The notes beneath the pieces were generated by a model. It was given only the letters and a program-made list of their open reading frames with translations. It searched no databases and had not been told where the DNA came from. The translations under genes were made by a program, and so were the position numbers. Shown one piece after another: positions 56,645 to 64,000 of a stretch of DNA of 64,000 bases. Where the stretch lies: contig JAFGHI010000030.1 of NCBI GenBank assembly GCA_016930235.1, positions 43,834 to 107,833 of the forward strand, read 5' to 3'. This stretch comes from Candidatus Omnitrophota bacterium. GTDB taxonomy: Bacteria; Omnitrophota; Omnitrophia; Omnitrophales; Aquincolibacteriaceae. The stretch's first letter is position 1. Every line of letters starts with the position of its first letter.

Positions 56645-59290
56645 ATGGCAAAGACGACAGAAGAAGTCCCAAAGTACACACCGATGATGGAACAGTACCG
56701 TTCCATCAAACGCACACTACCCCGTGACACAATTCTCTTTTTCCGCTTAGGGGATTTTTATGAGATGTTCTTTGAGGATGCGCTGAAGGCCTCAGAAATT
56801 TTAAACATCACGTTGACCGGGAGAGAAGCCGGGGTCGGTCGGGTTCCCATGTGCGGCATCCCTCATCATGCCTTCCAAGGTTATGTCCGGACCTTAATCG
56901 AAAATAATTTAAAGGTTGCCATCTGTGAGCAAATCGGAGATCCCAAAGCGGCGAAAGGAATTGTTGAGCGAAAGATCACCCGTATCATTTCCCCGGCGAC
57001 CTATTTGGATGATCAAGAACCCAAAGGCCGAAGTTTGGAATATATGGTTGCCGTGGCCCAGGACAAGGGGGACTGTGCCCTTTCATATCTGGAATTGAGT
57101 ACGGGCGAATTTTTTGTGCGGGAGGTTGACCGCAACCGGTTGCTTGGGGAACTTTCCCTTTTGGCCCCCCGGGAAGTGATCCTCCCGAAAGAATTAGCGG
57201 AGGACGAGGATTTTGTTTCCTTTGTACGCGATAATCTTAAGGCGGCTTTGACCGTTTATGAAGATTGGGTGTTTGAATATGAAGAAGCGTTGAGGCTTCT
57301 TATCGAAAATTTTAAACTCGGGTCTCCGAAAGGGATTGCCTTTCACGAACGGACGCTGGCCATTCAAGCCTCGGGGGCTGTTCTTTATTACCTCAGGGAT
57401 CACTTACACTCGGCCCTGGGGCATATCCGTTTACCCCACTTGCTGGATGCCAGTGAATTTATGATCCTGGACCGTCAAACCCAGCGGAGTCTTGAACTTG
57501 TCGAGACCATGAGCGGACAAAAAGAGAGCGGGACACTTTTGAGCTGTCTGGACGAAACGCTGACGTCGATGGGAGCAAGGACACTATATCAATGGATCAC
57601 GCATCCTCTTTTGTCCATCCCCGATATTGAGAAGCGGTTGGCAAGCGTTGAAGAGCTTGTCCGGAATACTGAAATGTCGCAAACCTTGCGCGGACTCTTC
57701 AAAGGTGTCAAAGATATGGAACGCACGCTCAGCCGTCTCAATTACGGCGTCGCCAATGCCCGGGACTTGGTCAATCTCGGGATCTTTCTTTCCCGTGTTC
57801 CTGAAATACAAAAAACGCTTTCCCTGGCGAAGAACAAATTACTCAAAGAAAATTTAGCGGATCTCAAACCGTTTCCTGAAATCAAAGATCTGGTCTCAAC
57901 GGCCATTGTTGAAACACCGCCCCTCGGCTTAAAGGACGGCGGCATGATCCGGACAGGCTATTCGCCTGAATTGGATGAATTGCGCGAGATCTCGAAGAAG
58001 GGCAAGACGTGGATTTTGGAATTTGAAAAAAAAGAGATCGAAAGGACCGGGATCAGATCCCTCAAAATCAAATATTCCCAGGTTTTCGGATATACGATCG
58101 ATATCAGCAAGGCCAACCTCCATCTTGTGCCGGAAGATTATATCCGCCGCCAGACTTTGGCGAATGCCGAACGTTTTATCGTTCCGGAACTGAAGGAATG
58201 GGATGAAAAGATCTCCGGCGCTCAGGACAAGATTAAGGCGATGGAATATGATCTTTTCAACGATGTGCGCGAACAGGTTTTGAAAGAATTGATGCCTCTT
58301 CAGACGATGGCGAGGGCCATTGGGATTCTGGATGCGTTGCGCTCGCTTGCTTCCCAGGCGGTCAAAAGGAACTGGGTGAGACCGACGGTTGACGATGGAA
58401 ATATCCTCCAGATCAAGGAAGGACGGCACCCGGTGGTCGAGGCCATGCTTTCCGCCGGACAGTTTGTCGAGAATGATGTCTCGATCGGAGGCGATACGCA
58501 GCTGATTGTCTTAACGGGACCGAATATGGCGGGTAAATCTACCTATATCCGCCAAGTTGCCCACATTGTCCTTCTGGCTCAAATGGGTTCCTTTGTGCCC
58601 GCGGCCTCGGCACGCATCGGGCTCGTTGATCGTATCTTCACACGGATTGGAGCGACCGATGACCTTGCGCGCGGGGAAAGTACTTTTATGGTGGAGATGC
58701 TCGAGACCGCCCATATTCTGCAGCGTGCTACCGGCCGGAGCCTTCTCATTTTGGATGAGGTCGGGCGGGGGACATCGACCTTTGACGGAGTCAGTATTGC
58801 GTGGGCCATTTGCGAATATCTCGTGAGCGCTCGTGAGAAGCCAAGGACCCTTTTCGCAACGCATTATCATGAGCTGACCCAACTGGAAGAGCATTTTCCC
58901 CCGATCAAGAATTTTAATATCAAGGTGCGTGAAACCAAGGAAGGCATTATTTTCTTAAGAAAAGTCGTGCCCGGCGGGTCGGATCGAAGTTACGGGATTC
59001 ATGTGGCGAAGCTGGCGGGGATCCCCGAAAGGGTTCTCCAAAGGGCCCACGAGATCCTGGCGATTTTGGAAAACGAAAGCACGGAAGCCACGCAAATCAT
59101 TGAAGGCAAGGGACGGGAAAAGAAAAAAGAGAAGGTTTCGCCTTTACAGCAGAACCTCTTTGAGATCCGCGAGGTCCGGCACCCGCTCCTGGATGAAGTC
59201 CGTGCCCTCGTGGTCGAAAACCTGAAACCCTTGGAAGCGCTCAATAAAATTGCCGAGTGGAAGGAAAGACTTAAGAAAGAAGGAGACTAG
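56645..59290 (+). CDS. mutS: DNA mismatch repair protein MutS
   Basis: TPMMEQY, GDFYEMF, TGPNMAGKST, STFMVEM and DEVGRGT motifs; C-terminal clamp-binding-like QQNLF. Confidence 0.97.
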   Translation: MAKTTEEVPKYTPMMEQYRSIKRTLPRDTILFFRLGDFYEMFFEDALKASEILNITLTGREAGVGRVPMCGIPHHAFQGYVRTLIENNLKVAICEQIGDPKAAKGIVERKITRIISPATYLDDQEPKGRSLEYMVAVAQDKGDCALSYLELSTGEFFVREVDRNRLLGELSLLAPREVILPKELAEDEDFVSFVRDNLKAALTVYEDWVFEYEEALRLLIENFKLGSPKGIAFHERTLAIQASGAVLYYLRDHLHSALGHIRLPHLLDASEFMILDRQTQRSLELVETMSGQKESGTLLSCLDETLTSMGARTLYQWITHPLLSIPDIEKRLASVEELVRNTEMSQTLRGLFKGVKDMERTLSRLNYGVANARDLVNLGIFLSRVPEIQKTLSLAKNKLLKENLADLKPFPEIKDLVSTAIVETPPLGLKDGGMIRTGYSPELDELREISKKGKTWILEFEKKEIERTGIRSLKIKYSQVFGYTIDISKANLHLVPEDYIRRQTLANAERFIVPELKEWDEKISGAQDKIKAMEYDLFNDVREQVLKELMPLQTMARAIGILDALRSLASQAVKRNWVRPTVDDGNILQIKEGRHPVVEAMLSAGQFVENDVSIGGDTQLIVLTGPNMAGKSTYIRQVAHIVLLAQMGSFVPAASARIGLVDRIFTRIGATDDLARGESTFMVEMLETAHILQRATGRSLLILDEVGRGTSTFDGVSIAWAICEYLVSAREKPRTLFATHYHELTQLEEHFPPIKNFNIKVRETKEGIIFLRKVVPGGSDRSYGIHVAKLAGIPERVLQRAHEILAILENESTEATQIIEGKGREKKKEKVSPLQQNLFEIREVRHPLLDEVRALVVENLKPLEALNKIAEWKERLKKEGD

Positions 59291-59293
59291 GTT

Positions 59294-61054
59294 GTGGGAG
59301 TGATCAAGGTTCTTCCGGAAAATATTGCCAACCGCATCGCCGCCGGGGAAGTGATTGAACGTCCGGGTTCCATCGCCAAAGAATTAATCGAAAATTCATT
59401 GGATGCCGGAGCCAGAACAATCGAAATCGACATCCGCCACGGCGGGAAGAGCCTGATCCGTGTTTCCGATGACGGTTGCGGGATGAGTGCGGAGGATGCG
59501 GAGCTTGCGTTTAGCCGGCATGCCACAAGCAAGATTTCAGACGTCGAAGATTTGAACAAAATTGCGACCTATGGATTTCGAGGGGAAGCCCTGCCCAGTA
59601 TCGCCGCTGTTTCAAGGACCAAAGTTTTAACGCGGCCGGAGAATCCATCAAACGGGATCGAGATGAGTATCGAAGGCGGGAAGCTCAAATCGGCCAAGGA
59701 AGCCCCGTGCGCCAAGGGGACAACCGTGGAGGTCCGCGATCTTTTTTTTAATACTCCGGCGCGCAGAAAGTTTCTTAAGGCGGACACGACCGAGATGGGA
59801 CATATCCTGGATGTGGTGACGAACATGGCCTTTTCCCGTCTGGATGTCCGGTTCATTTTGAAATCACTCGATAAAGTTTTGCTGGATTTGCCGCAAGCAT
59901 CCTCCGTCAGGGAACGGGCGGTGCTTGTTTATGGAGATAACATCGCAAAACAACTCATCGATATTGAGGGTGAGACCCAAAATCTCAAGGTGAAAGGTGT
60001 GGTGGGGAAACCTGCCATTGCGCGGTCGAACCGCGCGTCCCAAAGTTTTTTTATTAATAAGCGCTGGATCAAGGCTTTTCCTTTTAGTTACGCGCTCCAA
60101 GCGGCCTATCACGGACTCCTGATGCAGGGACAATACCCGTTTGCAATTCTTCACCTGGAAATGGATTTGGAACGTGTGGACGTCAATGTTCATCCCACCA
60201 AACAGGAAGTCCGGATCTCAAGTGAGGCTGCGATTAAATCGTTCTTGAAGGAACTTGTTGCCGGGGCCATTTCCAAAGAAAGAGACAGGGCTCCCCGCTG
60301 GGGGGTTATCGACACGAAAGGCCAGTCCGGGGCCATCCAGCGCGAATCGATTATTTCCTCCGACAGCTTAGGCATCAAACAGGAAGATCTTGTGACCGTA
60401 GCGGAACCCGTGGTTTCTTATACCTCCCGGGAAGCGGCCGAGGGACAGAAACCCATCCGTTTCTCTGATAGGCTCAAGATTACCAAGATACTGGGTCAGA
60501 TTCATCAGACATTTATCGTTGCGGAAACCGAAGAGGGAATGGTTTTGGTGGATCAGCACGCGGCCCACGAGCGTGTCATGTTTGAAGTCCTGATGAAAAA
60601 TTTCGAGTCGGGAAAACCCGCCAAACAGGGGCTTTTGATGGATGAAATACTCGAAGTGAAACCGAAACACCGTGAGTTTTTTGACCAATCACGGCCAACC
60701 CTTGAAGCCATCGGTTTTGAGATCGAAACCTTCGGCGAGGGGAGCTTTGTGATCCGGTCGGTCCCGGCGATCTTGGGAGACGTCCAGCCTTCCGGGCTGC
60801 TCGAGGCATTTTTGGAAGAAAAAGAAGAAGGCAAGGTGCGGACGAGTTTGGAAAATCAAAAAGAAGAGGTGGCTGCTTTGATTGCCTGTAAGCGAAAGTC
60901 CGTCAAGGCGCACGAGGCGATGTCATTGGCTGCGATGGAATCCTTATTGAAGCAGCTTGGGCAGTGTGACAATCCTTTTAATTGTCCTCACGGCCGGCCG
61001 ACCCTGATCAAATATTCTTTCGGGGAAATGGAAAAGCAGTTTAAACGCAAATAG
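59294..61054 (+). CDS. mutL: DNA mismatch repair endonuclease MutL
   Basis: IAAGEVIERP and GFRGEAL, plus endonuclease motifs DQHAAHER, ACK and CPHGRP (MutH-independent type). Confidence 0.97.
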   Translation: MGVIKVLPENIANRIAAGEVIERPGSIAKELIENSLDAGARTIEIDIRHGGKSLIRVSDDGCGMSAEDAELAFSRHATSKISDVEDLNKIATYGFRGEALPSIAAVSRTKVLTRPENPSNGIEMSIEGGKLKSAKEAPCAKGTTVEVRDLFFNTPARRKFLKADTTEMGHILDVVTNMAFSRLDVRFILKSLDKVLLDLPQASSVRERAVLVYGDNIAKQLIDIEGETQNLKVKGVVGKPAIARSNRASQSFFINKRWIKAFPFSYALQAAYHGLLMQGQYPFAILHLEMDLERVDVNVHPTKQEVRISSEAAIKSFLKELVAGAISKERDRAPRWGVIDTKGQSGAIQRESIISSDSLGIKQEDLVTVAEPVVSYTSREAAEGQKPIRFSDRLKITKILGQIHQTFIVAETEEGMVLVDQHAAHERVMFEVLMKNFESGKPAKQGLLMDEILEVKPKHREFFDQSRPTLEAIGFEIETFGEGSFVIRSVPAILGDVQPSGLLEAFLEEKEEGKVRTSLENQKEEVAALIACKRKSVKAHEAMSLAAMESLLKQLGQCDNPFNCPHGRPTLIKYSFGEMEKQFKRK

Positions 61055-61074
61055 TTGCCGGGATAGGTATAGAA

Positions 61075-62664
61075 ATGAAATCTCCGATGAACGCCAAGAA
61101 AGTATCGAAAAAAGTGATGCAAGTTTTGACGCGATGTTCCAAAAGCGTCCGTCAGGGAACGAAGCTGTTTTCGGATTGGGCCCTTGAAAAAGGAATCAGG
61201 AAAACAACCTCCACTTATTTTCTTTCCCGCTGGTTATTCCTGCGTTTATTAGGGCTCATTTACTTCATTGCTTTTGTCTCTCTAGGGGTTCAAATCCTGG
61301 GTCTTTTGGGATCCAACGGCATTCTTCCGGTCGAAAAATTTTTGGAAGTTCTCAAAGAACAGGCGGGGTGGAAGCGTTTCTGGATTGCGCCGAGCCTTCT
61401 TTGGATTTATCCGGGGGATATGGCCTTGCAGCTATTATGCTGGGCCGGTGCAATTCTCTCCGTAGTTCTCATGATCGGTTTCGCTCAAGGTCCGGTGCTT
61501 GCACTCTTATGGTTCCTTTATCTGTCCCTGATCAGTTCCGGGCAGGATTTTCTTTCTTTTCAATGGGACGTTCTTTTATTGGAGGCCGGATTCTTGGCGA
61601 TATGGATTGCCCCCAGCGGTTTTTGGCCCCGTTCGGCATGGAAGACGCCTGTTCCCGACGGGATCCGCCGGTTATTTTATTGGCTGATTTTTCGGGTCAT
61701 CTTTTCTGCCGGTTATGTCAAACTTATCAGTCAAGACCCTTTCTGGGCCAACCTTACGGCGGTGAAATATCATTACCAGTCACAGCCGCTCCCGACCCTT
61801 TTTGCATGGTATCTGTATCAGCTTCCGCTTGGGTTTCACAAAATGACTGTCGTTGCGATTTATCTTTTCGAGCTGGCCGTGCCCTTTCTTATTTTTACCC
61901 CGCGGCGTTTAAGAAGAATCGGGGCTTTGCTTTTGATGCTGTATCAGGTCTTGATCGCACTTACCGGCAATTTTGGTTTTTTCAATTGTCTGATTATTTG
62001 TCTTTGCGTCCTTCTTTTCGATGATGCCGTTTGGCCGCGTGCCTTGGTCAAACAAATCGTCAAGAGACGTTCGCGAGCGGAGGCGAAAAGCGTTTGGTCC
62101 GTCTGGGTTTTAAAGCCTCTTGTCGGGACATTGGTCTTTCTTTCTGCGGTTTCATTTCTGCAGACGGGAAAAAAAGAGAGTATTTTATTTCAGCCTCTTA
62201 AGGGAATTTATAATTTCTTTAAGCCGTTTCGTTCGGTCAATACCTACGGAATTTTTTCGATTATCATTGAACGCCGGCATGAATTAATTTTAGAGGGCTC
62301 CAACAACGGTGAAGTTTGGCGGGCGTATACCTTCCGGTATAAACCCGATGATTTAAAGACGCCGCCCAAATGGATTTCACCCTATCACCCGCGGCTGGAT
62401 TGGCAGATGTGGATCGCCGCTCAAGGGAATCTTCAGCAGAATCCTTGGCTCATCAATTTTTGTGTCCGTTTGCTGGAGGACTCTAAGGACGTCCTCCGGT
62501 TAATTGAAGGGAGCCCCTTTGACGAATGGCCGCCGAGATACATCCGTCCTGTTCTCTATGAGTATGAATTTACGGACGAGGACACGAAGGAAAAGACGGG
62601 AATGTGGTGGGAAAGAAGACGTTTAGGGCTTTACAGTCCGGTGATTTCTCTTCCGGATAAATAA
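61075..62664 (+). CDS. Lipase maturation factor (LMF) family membrane protein
   Basis: LRLLGLIYFIAF, FQWDVLLLEAG, QPLP, GNFGFFN and PYHPRLDWQMW motifs. Confidence 0.9.
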   Translation: MKSPMNAKKVSKKVMQVLTRCSKSVRQGTKLFSDWALEKGIRKTTSTYFLSRWLFLRLLGLIYFIAFVSLGVQILGLLGSNGILPVEKFLEVLKEQAGWKRFWIAPSLLWIYPGDMALQLLCWAGAILSVVLMIGFAQGPVLALLWFLYLSLISSGQDFLSFQWDVLLLEAGFLAIWIAPSGFWPRSAWKTPVPDGIRRLFYWLIFRVIFSAGYVKLISQDPFWANLTAVKYHYQSQPLPTLFAWYLYQLPLGFHKMTVVAIYLFELAVPFLIFTPRRLRRIGALLLMLYQVLIALTGNFGFFNCLIICLCVLLFDDAVWPRALVKQIVKRRSRAEAKSVWSVWVLKPLVGTLVFLSAVSFLQTGKKESILFQPLKGIYNFFKPFRSVNTYGIFSIIIERRHELILEGSNNGEVWRAYTFRYKPDDLKTPPKWISPYHPRLDWQMWIAAQGNLQQNPWLINFCVRLLEDSKDVLRLIEGSPFDEWPPRYIRPVLYEYEFTDEDTKEKTGMWWERRRLGLYSPVISLPDK

Positions 62665-62685
62665 TCGCAAGGAGTTTGAGAGACC

Positions 62686-64000
62686 ATGAAGATTCGAAAG
62701 TTGATCTTAATATTTTCCGGCGTTTTTTTATGTTACTCGCTCGGATATGCCGCTTCGCCCAGTGAGGTTCGTGAACCCGCCGTGGCCGGTGCTTTTTATC
62801 CGAAAGACCCCAAGGCCTTAACGGACATGATTGATGGGTTTCTTAAGAATGCCGGCACCGTATCGGTTCACGGTCATATTATCGGGATCATCGTTCCTCA
62901 TGCGGGGTATGTTTACTCCGGCCAGGTGGCCGCTCATGCGTTTAAATTATTGGAAGGAAAAAAATTCGATACGGTGATCTTAATCGGAGGAAGCCACCGT
63001 TTCCAATACGATGGTGCCTCGATTTGGCCGAAGGGCGCTTGGAAAACTCCTTTGGGGACCGTTGAAATTGACGAAGAGCTTGCCGGTCTTATTATCGGAG
63101 AGAATCCGAAGCTGCAATTTCAAAGAGAAAGCCATATCCCCGAACATTCTCTTGAAGTGGAAGTCCCTTTTCTCCAGCGTGTTCTTGGGGATTTCAAATT
63201 GGTCCCGATCTTAATGGGGCATGTTGCCGAAGAAAATGCAACGCTGCTTGCCGAGGCGATCGTCAAGCACAGGAAGGGCCGAAGGGTTCTTATCGTGATC
63301 TCGACGGATATGAGCCATTATCATCCCGCAGACGTTGCTGAGAAAATGGACGCGAAGGCTTTGGAGGCGGTCCAGGAGGGCGATGCCGGTGCGTTTTTAG
63401 AAGCTATCCAAGCGAAAAAATGTGAGTTATGCGGTGTCGCGGCCGTGATGACCATGATGGAAATTGCAAGGCTTGTGGGAAATACCGAACTCGAAATCCT
63501 CAATTACCATCATAGCGGGGATGTAACGGGGGACCGTTCTCAAGTTGTCGGTTATTTTTCGGCTGTTTATGAACAAAAAAATGTTCCACCGGAAGACCCG
63601 GTTGAGAAAGGAGACGATGCCATGTCGTCACTTTTAACTAAGGACCAACAAAAGGAATTATTGAAGATTGCCCGCAAGACCATAGAGACTTATGTCAAAA
63701 CGGGGAAGGTTTTGGACGTGAAGACCCTGGACCCTGTCCTCCAGGAAGAAAAGGCGGCTTTTGTGACGCTCAAAGAGCGCGGAAGATTACGAGGGTGCAT
63801 TGGGCATACGCTTCCGGTCGAGCCACTTTATTTGTCGGTCAGGAATAATGCGATTTCGGCGGCTTCCCGGGACCCGCGATTCCGGCCGGTCGGTGAAAAT
63901 GAATTAGGCGATATCGATCTTGAAATTTCTGTTTTGAGCGTTCCGGAACTTGTGCCCTCAGCGGACCAAGTGGAAATTCCCAAGCACGGGGTCATTATCA
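62686..64000 (+). CDS. Fused AmmeMemoRadiSam proteins B (Memo) and A (AMMECR1) with N-terminal signal peptide; 3'-truncated
   Basis: Not in the ORF track; translated by hand with no stop to the window end. Memo motifs REPAVAGAFYP, PHAGYVYSG, EHSLEV, STDMSHY, SGDVTG; AMMECR1 motifs FVTL...LRGCIG, DPRF, EISVLS. Confidence 0.92.
   Translation, partial: MKIRKLILIFSGVFLCYSLGYAASPSEVREPAVAGAFYPKDPKALTDMIDGFLKNAGTVSVHGHIIGIIVPHAGYVYSGQVAAHAFKLLEGKKFDTVILIGGSHRFQYDGASIWPKGAWKTPLGTVEIDEELAGLIIGENPKLQFQRESHIPEHSLEVEVPFLQRVLGDFKLVPILMGHVAEENATLLAEAIVKHRKGRRVLIVISTDMSHYHPADVAEKMDAKALEAVQEGDAGAFLEAIQAKKCELCGVAAVMTMMEIARLVGNTELEILNYHHSGDVTGDRSQVVGYFSAVYEQKNVPPEDPVEKGDDAMSSLLTKDQQKELLKIARKTIETYVKTGKVLDVKTLDPVLQEEKAAFVTLKERGRLRGCIGHTLPVEPLYLSVRNNAISAASRDPRFRPVGENELGDIDLEISVLSVPELVPSADQVEIPKHGVII

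Noticed and set aside
61368-62024. 218-aa alternative-frame ORF inside the LMF gene
   Set aside because: Fully nested in a well-supported gene with no recognisable motifs; treated as a shadow ORF, like the many antisense ORFs within metH, clpC, mutS and mutL.
1-64000. CRISPR arrays, tRNA/rRNA genes, transposases, integrases, prophage genes
   Set aside because: No regularly spaced repeats, RNA gene signatures or mobile-element motifs were seen. This was by eye, so short or divergent elements could be missed.

Overview
Bacterial chromosomal segment, mostly housekeeping genes on the + strand, from a diderm organism (Lol and Mla/MCE envelope genes present). The gene mix suggests the PVC/Omnitrophota neighbourhood, but that is inference only. 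Order: sufS(partial)-sufU, a secreted Thr-rich repeat protein, divergent metH/metF, a stand-alone MshEN protein, then a long operon-like run lysS-lolC/E-lolD-ilvE-mcsA-mcsB-clpC-(AsmA/TamB-like)-mlaEFD-PIN/TRAM-ispDF-gltX-cysS-tmk-holB-metG-tatD-CPBP-S2P-mtnA-thiL-tsaE. Next come an atypical ClpX-like ATPase with DUF763, dgkA, DUF6178-like and TPR genes, a HAD/OtsB + GH65 trehalose module, a two-component pair, orn and PPi-PFK. An accessory block (47.9-54.6 kb) holds a methyltransferase, two radical SAM enzymes and three paralogous GT-C-like membrane genes, one apparently internally deleted. An ~850-bp region follows with a near-consensus promoter, a 30-bp palindrome, a switch-like leader, a small ORF and a terminator. 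The window ends with FmdB, YbhB/YbcL, mutS-mutL, an LMF protein and a signal-peptide-bearing Memo-AMMECR1 fusion that is missing from the ORF track. I saw no rRNA, tRNA, CRISPR array or transposase. All family calls come from motif recognition by eye; no database searches were run.
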